Of a DNA stretch of 64,000 nucleotides, positions 37,692-48,453 are shown in pieces. The stretch is taken from NCBI GenBank assembly GCA_905178155.1, contig CAJINV010000008.1:1860001-1924000 (forward strand), in the 5' to 3' direction. The position numbers were made by a program, and so were the translations under genes. Below the pieces are notes generated by a model. It searched no databases. It saw only the letters and a list, made by a program, of their open reading frames with translations, and had not been told where the DNA came from. How positions within the stretch are numbered: position 1 is the first letter of the stretch; every line of letters starts with the position of its first letter. The DNA is from Amoebophrya sp. A120. Lineage: Eukaryota; Protista; Dinoflagellata.

Positions 37692-39917
37692 CTAGAGACC
37701 TGTCACTAGGATGTGGTCAAAGAAGAATTTCTTCTTCACCTCAAACGCTTCGCCCTCCATATTTATTCGCTGCACAGAGACCGTTCCGTCGAGAACATGA
37801 GTAAAAATGCGTTTGTAGGTCTCCAGGATTGGTTGAGGTCCTCTCACCTCCCGCTTTTTGGGATCTTTGGCTACTCTGTACCCGCTGTCATTCATGACAA
37901 ATGCATCTCCTTGTCGCGGCCAGTAAAGTCCACCACCGAACGGGTTAAAAACTAGCACGGATATGGGTATACCGAAAAGCAACTGCTCTTTAATGGCTGC
38001 GTCAATGACTCCAGTAATTGCTGCTTCCAAACCCGCGAGAAAAAAAACCACGTCTTCTTTTACTGCTGGTCCTTCTCCCATGAGTTGCTTGTCGGTCGCC
38101 CGCAAATTCAAAGTTCGCGCAGTGCTGCCAAAATCTCCTCTCTGGCCGGCGGCGTTTGGCGCGGAAGCAAAGAAGAGGCCGCCGATCTTTTCTCCAACGT
38201 GCTTGTTGTCGGGCCCCGGCCTTTTATAGCCCGACTTCGATTTACCTTCGGGTGTTCTATATCGCTCTTCATCTCCAATGCGCGTGTTCCGGACGACCCA
38301 ACAATCCGAAAAGTCAACGGGATTTTCTGTGGATCTATAGTTCACGCCTTGAATTGTTGTGTAGTCCGCCCAATGGTCGTTTTTCAGGCCCCACTCATTC
38401 TGGATAGTGGACGCGTACAGGTCACCCACCAAGATTCGAGGGTCTATCCACCTGGGACCTCGACTTCGATGGTCTCCACTATGAAACAGAAATGCCTGCT
38501 ACCTGCCAACCGCAAGACATGCATCCCTCACGGTCCGTCATGGCATTGCTGGACCAAAAGGTACTCTTCGTGTGCAATAGCCGTCTGCGCTTCTCGCCCT
38601 ATTTCTATCTTTTTTTTTGCAAGCCGAATAGAATCCCATTTCGAGTAGGACACACACCTGTACTGGGCGAAGGACAACTACAATGTTGCAGTCTAGCCGC
38701 TCACTGACGTAAAAATCTGTGCTTCTTCTTGCTTGCCCAGCATCTGCATTTCAGCATTACATCTACGAAGAATTATGATTGCCTTTACTAAGTAGAAGGA
38801 AGGTAGAGTTAGTTACATTTCGATAATTTTCGTACTCCACCTGGTAGTGAATCCAGTTGGAAACAAGCGACTCTTCCTGCGAGTCGTAATTAGCGTGGAT
38901 GCCTCCCTGCTTCAGTTGAGCACCGTCAGGTCCAAGACCAGCTATTCCGCCCCCCGGTAGTCCGCTGTTCCCAGCAACTACAAGACCGATATTCTTCTAT
39001 GCACTGCAAGTATGTCTGTGCGGTCTGGAAACATGTAAATACTGAATAAAATTATAGCGGGTGATTCAAATCTAAATACTATTTAGATTTCAATCACCGA
39101 AGATTGGAGCCAATGCATGACACGTTTTGACTACGCTTTCAGTTTCACTTTCTGGCACGGCATACTCCTTAGAACCAGATGTTGCGTTTTTGCATGGAAA
39201 AGAAAGCTGTGGCCCTCCTGGGCATGCAACACAGGTTTTACAGAAAAGCAACACGAGCATCACAAGCGCAAATTTTCCAGACCGAGAAATATGTGCAATG
39301 CATATCTCCGCAGGTATGCCAATATCAGGGGCGATTAGTTGAGACACTAGGTTTTGTGACTTGAAACCCTCGTCAAGTGCGTGTTTGTATTGTGCGGGCG
39401 GCCGTCCACCACCAGAATTCCAGGTTCGGGTACCCTTCCATTTGCTTTGGAATACCAGAGGATTATGTTTGTAGTTTTCCAATCGCTTGTCCACTGGTTT
39501 CAACAAATTGAGAGGATGAAGGTGAAGCGTTTCTTTCGTCAAATCTAGCGAATGAGGAAGTAAATGACGGGGAAAGTTTGGCCAGTCTGGATCTACGGGA
39601 AAATTGCGCCCCGTTTTGTGCCACTCTTCGTCTCTCCCATACCAGACGAACTCGCAGCCCAACTGGCCCGACACGCCTGTCTTTTCGTTTTTCGGACGAA
39701 AGCTCACTGTTGCAGACGGGTGCGCAACTCCTCCTGTCAACGCGGGATCTCCGCCCGCGGGATCTACTCCACTGGGCCGCGTGTTGCTAGTCCCGGGGTG
39801 CGCCGGCGGTAAAGTCAATTTTATCGTAGTGGTTGTCGGCCCCTGCGGCGTACCCGTGTTGCTTGACTGCGCGCCACCAAGAGGTGGAGTCGCAGCACCT
39901 GGGCGCGGTCCGGCCAC
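37692..39917 (-). CDS. PARG/macrodomain-like family protein, copy B (multi-exon; start unresolved)
   Basis: Exons: QLGCEF...LLPHSLDLT...IPAE|NIGLVVAGNSGLPGGG...HANYDSQEESLVSNW (about 38835-38992, absent from the ORF track), and 37692..38432 with WGL...QGVNY...SDCWVVRNTRIG...APNA...FNPFGGGLYWP. Confidence 0.75.
38998..39304. mobile_element. Diverged introner element, family C-like (307 bp, imperfect TSD TCTTC/TCTCC)
   Basis: Termini TATGCACTGCAAGTATGTCTGTGCGGTCTGGAA / TTCCAGACCGAGAAATATGTGCAATGCATA. Removal gives IPAE|NIGLVV, which aligns with the paralogs (PEEIAIVI, ADEIGIAV). Confidence 0.8.
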
Positions 39918-40168
39918 AGCAGCCGGGCGTTGGGGAGGAGCAAGAGGAACATCGAAGTATACTTGTGGAGAAAGAACCTCTCGCCCCGCAGCCGAACGAA
40001 ATGCACGCTGAACACGATGATCCCGCGGGTACTTAAAAACGCGGAACGCCTGCTACAAAAGTACCAGTAAGTGCAAATAAAAGACGCTCGCTAACGAAAT
40101 TGAGCGCCGTGATATACTCAATATAGCTGCCCAAACAATGACTTTTTTTACCAGAATACAAGGGGAAA

Positions 40169-42047
40169 CTAAACGTATCCAGAACCAAACCTTTCGTGCG
40201 ACTTGCGGTATCGAGCTTTGCTTTTTCGTGATGATATGTCCCCCCCGGAACACGATAAAAAAGAACACTCGGGCCCTTCTGCTTTCCGACCCTTGACCTC
40301 GCCACCCTCTTGCAGCACTCGCGGAACCTCATCTTCGGCCACACGTAGTTCGTCTTCTTCAACCGGAATGCCAAGTGGTTCGTTTGCGACCGGAGTCCGG
40401 TCCTCCTGCTGCGTCGACGCCAAGAATTCTTCGTTGTCTCCCCCCGAACCGTTCTTCGTCGGCTTCCCGGACAGCGTCTGCAAGAAATCCGAGCTGCTGC
40501 TTCTGGCTGCACCATCCTCGCGCGTCACATCTGCAGGCTTGTCACGAACGTCGCCCCGGGCTCTTCCCAGCCTGTGGTCCAAGCCTGCGACCGGAGCGGG
40601 GGACGTGGCGGCTTTCATCTCTATCAACTGCAAAAGTGTTTTCCAAGTACCTCATACATTCATCATCAGGACATCAGCCCTTGCCTTTCATCAGTTTCAC
40701 CTTTGCATATGCAGCATCAAGCTTCTGTTCTAAGCGCACACGTATAGTAGTTGTTCTTTTCGAATAACAGCGCAGCTGGACACATGTGCATCTGGCCACA
40801 AGTTTACGAATAAATCAGCCAGATCAAAAATAATTGCACTAGCGATTTCTCCTGGACGGCCAAGACGAACAGGCATCCAACGCAGTACTTAACCGCCGGA
40901 TTCCCAAGAAGTTTATGTAAGAAAAAGCCGAGCGATGCCTGTTCCGTGAAACTGTATCCGTATCTTCAATGCAAGGCACGAGGACAACAACACTTCGGCG
41001 TCTCATAAGCTCGGCCTTCTTCTCGTCTGCCCTCGTCTGCAAGAATTCGAACCGGTCTCCCCGCCTTTCTCTGATCGAGGTAGGTCGGTCTTCCGCACCG
41101 CGGCCCCCGCTTCGCTTCCCGACACCACTCGCAGACGCGCCTCGCTTGCCGTGTCTTTTCTTGCGCGCGGCAGGGGCGTTTTTGTTTTTCAGAGCGAGTT
41201 GCGAAGACATGCCTCTGGTGCTGTTTTGTCCGGGACGATCGGATGCAGCGGCACCACCACGCTCAGCCCTACTTTTGTTCCGATTTTCACGCTCATCATC
41301 CTGTGTGTGCCTCATCTCCGCGGATGATTTTGGCGTTTCGCCGTCGTGCGACTGGGTTGTTTTCTCAAGAAGTTGGACATCCTTTTCTTTTCTCGACGTG
41401 GGCCGTGCCTGCTGCAATCCGTTCTTCTCACCACCAGCACCACCGGCGGCCCCGCCGCCTTCATGGGGACCCGAATTCTCGGTTGCATTTCTGCTCCCGT
41501 CGTCCACAGTCGGAACAACATGGTGGGTTTTCGTCGCCTTTTTCCGTTCTTGGTGCTCCGCATCTTGTTCTTTGTGGACATGCCTGCTTTTGCGCCTTTT
41601 GCTGCGCTTGTCGTGGTGATGTTTTTCTTTGCGCCTATCACTGTGGAGATGTCTTCCTCTGGAGGACGTCGCGGCTCTTTTCTTCGTCGTCTGTACCACC
41701 TCCAGCGTCGATGAACCTTCTGCGGGCCTTCCGTCGCGCGACGCGGCATGACGAAACTCGTCCCAGCTCTCCGTTCGCCGCGTGGTGCTGTACCCCGCGG
41801 GTATCCAGACTTGCGCAAAACCCCCGCTGCTCCCCTTTTCACGACGCTCCCATTCCGCATCGTCGTCCTCGTCGTAGGGCCCGAAGGTGTCGAAGTGCAA
41901 CTCGAAATCCTGCATTTCTGGGTTCCAAGCGGCGTTTGCAACATGTTGCAACAGCTCCAGCGTGGTCTTATTGCACACAGTTCGCACTGCACAATGCAAA
42001 AGGTGCAACACCCGGAAAAGCTCCCTTGCGGAACGGAAAAGCCCCAT
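40169..42047 (-). CDS. Unknown protein 'X', copy 2
   Basis: MGLFRSARE...FDTFGPYD...WIPAGYSTTRRTESWDEFR; second exon LQLIEMK...PECSFLS. Paralogous to copy 1. Confidence 0.7.
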
Positions 42048-43961
42048 CGCCAAGAACCCAAAGTGTGACTGAAACTGGCGCTGTCGGGCTTGCGCTGAGA
42101 CTTCTACGGGTCTGACTCTGGCGGTATAATTTTCGTTAACGGTAAAGGAATTTTTTTCTTGCGCTGGCACCGGCTTCAGCCGGCGTGCAGACGCGCGACC
42201 CTCTTTCAGGTTGAACTGCGTCGGCGTCCGTTGATCATGTAGTCCTGCTCCTGCTTCAATAACAATCGGGTGTTATTTTCACCTTCCAGAATACTGGAAG
42301 GCGGGGGATGCGGCACCACAAAGTTTTACCTGTTGAACTTGATGTGGAAATGGTCGGAAGAATTCCGACGCAAAAGTTCCGTTCTTCGTGATAGATCTGC
42401 TAGTCGTAGATTCTTCGGCGCAGTGTAACTTTGTTTTTAAAAAAATTGGCAACTTACCTTTTCATGTTGTTCATGCAATAAATCAGTAGGGCGAAGCATT
42501 GAGAAAGCAAGAAACTAACAAGAACGTGGGGAAACAACAACGAGTTTGACTGTGCATGGCATGGGGAACTGTTGATATGGAAAATTAACTACACAGGTAA
42601 GCTCCTCGCTGAATCTGAAAGTACACATGGCAAATCAACAGACTGTTCTAACCTTCACGCAAACATGGATCGAGAAATGCGCAAGTGCGTACGAGAAAAC
42701 AGTTCTACAGTACGAAACCGAGGAGCGCAATTACGGTACGAAAGTGGCGAAGCTCACACAACCGAGAGCATACGATACACGACGCAGAGAGAACGGATGG
42801 ACCGAAATGTGGAAATGAATGTTCGCACGATTTTCTATTGATAAAGTAGAAACGAGAAAGTGCTCAACCGAGACGGTGCAAGTACGTCACTACGCACGAA
42901 TGCTATGCGAACGACCACTGTTCGTTTGCAGCTACGTATGTACCGATGTCAGGATCATCGCTGACGTGGCTCATCGCGACAACCGCTCTAAACGTAGTTC
43001 ATGTGCGGCGATGAGAATCAAAATTTCTGCTCGAGCACAGAACAGAAGTCAAAAATGTGGAACATCACAAGAACACCTTGAAGGATAATGAAAAAACGAT
43101 CGCGCCCTCCTGCTCGCGTCTTCGCGCAAGAAACCGTGCGATGCCACCTCTGGTGATGCGAGTCAGTTTCTATGTGAGCGGATGCCGGTCTCGTCTCCCG
43201 CGATCGGGGCAGCAGAAGCACTCCATCACCTGCTGCTACGGGAACGAATGGAGTTCTCGTTATAGGGAGCAAATCAAAACGCAATTCATTGTATGGTCGT
43301 ACGCTACAATTGCTCAAATAGTTCTTCCGGTCCAGTAGCTCCGGATTTGTGAAGAATTTTAGAAAATGGATTTGAGTAAAGCTTTCGGGTTAGGGTAGTT
43401 TTTCCAGAATCATACAAGCTCTAGGTTTAGGGTAGTTGTTGCAGAATCATACACGCAAATCCAACATTTCAACAGAGGACACGTGCTTTTACAAGGGGTC
43501 CCGCTATCTTACTTTTGTGCAATCCAAAACTTTAACATTCACATACAGTGTGCCTTTTCATATTACGGATCCAAAAACGAAATGGCTCTGCTTTCCCACT
43601 TCGAGGACACACACTGTTCAAAAAGTTGGGTAGCAAAGATGAGGAGAGAGATCAAATAAAAAAGTAAGTAGTTGCGCGATCGACCAATGCTGACAGTCCA
43701 ATTTGTTTCAGCTGGCTACCAAAAAGGAATAACAGCAACGCCATCAGTTCTACTACTGCTTCTACACCAACGATAATAAGTAAGAGGACATTTCTAGCAT
43801 CTTCATCCTATCTTTGTCTTTCGCCACGTAACCAAAACATCAAAACAATAAACGAAATGTTTTATGGAGGGCAGCAGTTCGTGACAGAAAAGACGGCCGC
43901 CACATCTTTCACTGTCCTAAGGGCTTTGGAGTTCTTCGGTGTTGTTCTTCTGCTTTTATCT

Positions 43962-45747
43962 TCACAAGCCGGTAAGTACAACGTCCTTGAAAAATTGGGC
44001 TTTCTTTAGCCGCTGCCCGCCGGGCGCCACTACTTCCGCCGCCAAGGCACGGAGAAAGATGCTTCGGTACGACACCTGGCCCGGCTGAGGGTCCTTCTTC
44101 GGGCCGTTCGGCAGCCACTGCTTGGGCCAGTAGAGGCCGCCGCCCAACTGGTTGAATACCAGGACAGTGGTCGCCTTCCCGAAAACAATCTGCTCCTGAA
44201 TCGCGGCGTCCAGTACCGCGGTTACGGCGGCTTCCAAGCCGGCGAGAAAAAAGTCCATGTCCTGCTGCGCAAGGGAGTTGTTTGTGCGCGTACCGCTGCC
44301 CCAGGGCCCGCCTCGGGACACGTACCCCGCATTCGGCGCCGCCACCCAAAAAAGCCCGCCGATCTTGTGCCAAGCCAGCCAATCTTATCGCTTTAAAAAC
44401 CTCCGCTAGTATCAATCATGCATCATATAAAGAAATGCCCCACAAATACTGAAAAGCAAAACTGTCATGCTCACTGCTCGTTGTATGTTGCACAGCTTTA
44501 AGAAGTACTATTGGATTGATTCTGTATCAAGGCGGCCGTTTTATTGGCGTTGAATCATGACAACAAGTTCTTGGGTGGCATGTTCAAAAATGATGCTCGA
44601 TGGTACTCCTGCTCTCTACTGTGTCTTCGTATCATAAGTTCTTGTAGCGATTGTTCTCCTCTCGACCGATTTTCGTGTTGCGCACGACCCAGCAGTCGGA
44701 AAAATCAACGGGGTTGCGCGTGGTCACGTAGTCCACACCTTGGTAGGTGGCAAAGTCGTTTTCCAGGTTGGTTACCAGGCCCCACTTCGCTTGGATCGTC
44801 GACACATAGAGCTTGATCGCCTTCTGCGCGTACTGATTGAACCGGGCCTGAAACCGGCCCCGGACCTGCCCGCGATCTCTCGGCATGCCCCCGGCGGCAT
44901 GCACGTACCAGTTGCTCACCACGGACTCCTCCTGTGTTTTGTGGGTCGACTTGATCTGAGTCACGTTGAGCCGGAACTTTGCCATCGGGTTGTTATTCGC
45001 TCGCCGGGGCGAGCGCAAGGCCGAGGTCCCGCCGCCCGGCAAACCGTGGTTCCCGGCTACGGCGATGCCGATCTCGTCGGCCCGGTAGGTGCCCCGACTC
45101 ACCAGGTCGTCCACGAGGTTCTGTCCCAGCATTGGGTGCCTCTGGAACCGGAAGGGCTGGTGGGTGGTCGGATCCCGGTGCTCCGCATCGGCAACTGCAC
45201 GCGGGTGAGGACCTCCACCCCCCAGGTTGGACAAGTCCAGAACGTGCGGCGTCAGTGTCTTGTTTCCTGGCGCCCGCTGCGCAAAGTCCCTTTCCTGTGT
45301 CCACCACGAGGGACTTCGCTTGTACTCGATGAATTCGCAGCCCAACTGGTCCGGCTCTCCCTTACGCTCGTTCTGCGGGCCCCCGCGCCAGTTGGCGACC
45401 GTTGGCCCGGGCTGGTGCCCATTGCCCCCGCCGCCGCCGTTGCCGCCGCCGTTGCCGCCACCGCCGCCACCGTTGCCCCCGCCGCCGCCACCGCCGTTGC
45501 CCCCGCCGCCACCACCGACAGCCATGTGGTTCTGCCCCATGTGATCCCGCAGGCCGAAGTACAGCCCGACACCCAGTCCCGCGAGCACCAGCACTGCGAC
45601 GACAGAAACCACAATCGCGACGCAGCAGCAGCGCCCCCGTTGTTTGTCCCTTTGCTGCTGCTCCAAGTGGTCGCCCGAACCAGCTTCAACAAGGAGCTCA
45701 CGTTCAGCAGAAGGAGTTACAACAACATGGTGCACTTGCGAGGACAT
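43962..45747 (-). CDS. PARG/macrodomain-like family protein, copy C, with an N-terminal transmembrane anchor
   Basis: TM helix CCCVAIVVSVVAVLVLAGLGVGLYFGL, GN/G-rich linker, AGNHGLPGGG, QEESVVSNW, SDCWVVRNTKIG. Second exon KIGGLFWVAAPNAG...FNQLGGGLYWP...VLTGL. Confidence 0.8.
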
Positions 45748-46664
45748 CCTTTTCGATTGTATCTCCTCGATTTCTCGAGGTTTTGGTCTGTTGATCACCT
45801 TTACAAGAGTCCTTATGACCCGAAAGCAAAAAGTAAAAGCCTTGCCTCGATACAAAAAAAAATAAAAAATTTTCACGCAAATATCTTTTAGTTTTAGGGG
45901 CCTTGCTTTTTTCTCGAGCTCACAAGGCCAGGTGGAAAATTAAAATTGTAACTTCTTCTAGGGCGGACTGCATCACCCAGATCTAGAAATAAGGTGGAAT
46001 AACGATAAAGTGATAAAGAACAATGATGATTTGAATGCGCTTAGGGGGCATAGCTCAAAACCTTCCTCACTGAAGACATAACAAACTAAGTAAAAGTTTT
46101 CTGTCTTCTCTCTTTCGAGTGCATCAACTCACAACATCTTACCCTACATTTCGTGGATCAATTTTGGCTATGATCAAAATTGAAAACATAGATCCACTTC
46201 CATTGATTTTTCATGTCCGAGATCGATCGGCTTCGGCAGGATCCAACTCGAAGATGCTTCCGTGAGAACGGCAATAAGTGGGTGAGCGATTTTATGCTCG
46301 TGCGGGCAGGAAGCTTCATCAACTCGATGAATTTCCGGACAGTATCAGGGATCGATTTCAATTTATTCAAAAACACGAAGATCGAGACCATACGAACCGA
46401 GCTGAAATTTTATCAGAGATGCCACAGAGATTTGCAAGTCGTAAATAACCCTGCACCTACTGCTGGGAGCGGACCGTTAAACTTTGATCCTACTTTCCGC
46501 GGTGCATCACCTTGATTTGCCGATCATGTCGCCCGTGCCGAAGCGACTGACAATGAATAAAGCATCGAGCTTATACAACCAACGCTTTCTCGCACAGCTT
46601 TTGCTCATCTCGATCTCGATAAAATACGTTTCGCAACTGATCGAAATAATCCTACTCACGACTC

Positions 46665-48453
46665 CTAGACAGTGACCTCGGCCCACTCGCCGTCGTTTGC
46701 GGCGCTCTGGTGGATCGCGTCCGTAATCAACTGCGCCCGTAGCCCGTCTTGAAACGTCGCCATGTTAAGGAGGGCATTTTTGTCGTCCTTTTCAAAAAAC
46801 GCCCGCACGCGCTGCATCAGCGCCGGCGTCCCCACGTCCTGCCACGCGTTACCCTCGCCCTTTATTACCCGTTTCGTCTCCATCTCCTTCTCCATCGGCG
46901 TGGCGGTGTCCGGGGGAGGGTTTTTGTAAATCACCAGTTCCGAGGTGAGAAAATCAAACCTGATGGTAGCTTTTGGACTGCAGATCACCATTTCGTCCAC
47001 TTCCTCAGGCAAGCCCGGGTTGAAGCCATTTATGGTCATTTGAATGGAAATCTTCTTCCGCCCCGTCACCAGCATGGCCTGGCACATACCATCCGCACTG
47101 GGAACGTATTACAATGAAAAATGCCCCCACCCCCGAACTTGCGAGCATTTGTATTGCAAACCTTTCCAAATGCAACATTCGCCCTCTTTCATTTATCAGC
47201 ATCACAGGTTTCCGATGGTGAATAGCAAAAATTTGTATTGCAAAAGACCACAGCAAAAGCGGCGCTTGTCATGCAAGCGATGCGATACACCCCTAGACTC
47301 TGCATCAGAAAGATTCAAACTCCTTTCATGCATGACAAAAAGTTTTCATTCGGAGACTTCGCATCACAAATTTTTGCAATTTCAGGGGTGGAGGGGCACT
47401 TTTCACTGTAATAGAACGTCCCCGTTCTTCGCAACCACGATGCCGCGCATGGGCCGCTGGATTGCCGACACCTTTTGGATTTCCTCGGAAAACAAAAACC
47501 GCACCAAGTCCACATAGTGAATGCCGATTGCTGACCAACACCCGCCTCCAGTCTGGCGATAGTGCCAGTGACTAGCCTTCACGCCGGGCTGCATCCACGC
47601 GAAGTTGCGCAACGACGTGAAGGACACGGAAATGTTCACGTTGCCAATCAGGTTCGCCGTCAGAATCAGGTCTCGCAGCTCGCGCAAAGCTGGCACGCAC
47701 CGCAGCTCAAAGTCCACCAGGCAGACTTATCGAAGTGAAAACGAGGACAATTTCTTTTATGCTCCTGAGAAAAGACTTTCACCTGATACCTTTGAGGGCA
47801 AAGGCATGGGCTTTGTCCAAGGACATGCGTTGAGCACAACGCGTGCCTGTCCTGTTCATCTCCTTCTTGAATTATAAAACTGACCATACAATATCGTTGT
47901 ACATGTAATTGGGTGGCAAAACAAAATAGCATGCAGCAAAGGTGGAAACCGGACCTTACTACTGACTGACTTTTTTCACACGAGCAAGGAAATCTGTATA
48001 CGAAACATCTCTTCGATGTGGTAAAACTTGCGTGTTGTTCAGCTCGCCTGTAATGGTCTGCACCCGCTTGGCAATCTCCTTGGCCTCGGGGTAGTTGCAG
48101 GCGATGGGCTTCTCGCAAAGAATGTGTTTCTCGGCCTGGAGCGCCTTGGAGACCGCGTGGCCTCGGCGGTGGGCCGGTCCCACGATAGACACCAAGTCGA
48201 CATCGGGACAGGTGCAAATTTCCGTAGTATCATCACCAAAAAAAGCATGCCCGATTCCTTCTCGCGCACAAACCTCTTTCGCCTTCTCCTCGCCCCGACT
48301 CCAGAGCGCCGTCACCTCGAAGCCCTGCTCGCGAAACTTCGGGAGCTGCACCCGGGCCCCCCACCCGGCGCCAATAATACCCACTTTCGGGATCCGGCTC
48401 CTCTGCGCTGCGGGCGGCGATGCGGAGTCAGTGACCGGCGTGGCGGCCTGCAT
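46665..48453 (-). CDS. Gfo/Idh/MocA-family NAD(P)-dependent oxidoreductase (GFOD-like), three exons
   Basis: VGIIGAGWG Rossmann motif, KHILCEKP, VDFELR, GGGCWSAIGIHYVD, ATFQDG. Both junctions verified in frame. Confidence 0.92.
47107..47413. mobile_element. Introner element, family A (307 bp, TSD GAACG)
   Basis: TIRs TATTACAATGAAAAATGCCCC / GGGGCACTTTTCACTGTAATA. Removal gives AKNGDV|PSADGMCQ. It is an inverted homolog of 59204-59509. Confidence 0.93.
47728..48028. other. Non-canonical intron (301 nt), probably a decayed introner
   Basis: ACTT direct repeat at both junctions; one end keeps TATCGAAGTGAAAA. Removal gives NTQ|VCLVDFELR. No GT-AG register fits at this repeat. Confidence 0.6.

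Noticed and set aside
44365-44650. Possible introner and micro-exon in the copy C intron (TATCGCTTTAAAAA at 44386)
   Set aside because: Only one convincing terminus. A simple ACAAGA direct-repeat join (RYK|IGG) also keeps the frame, so the structure cannot be resolved.
47044-47517. Similar ORFs at 47044..47517 (+) and 58685..59467 (-) suggesting a small protein family
   Set aside because: The similarity is the translation of non-coding introner family A. There are no transposase motifs and the elements are only about 300 bp.
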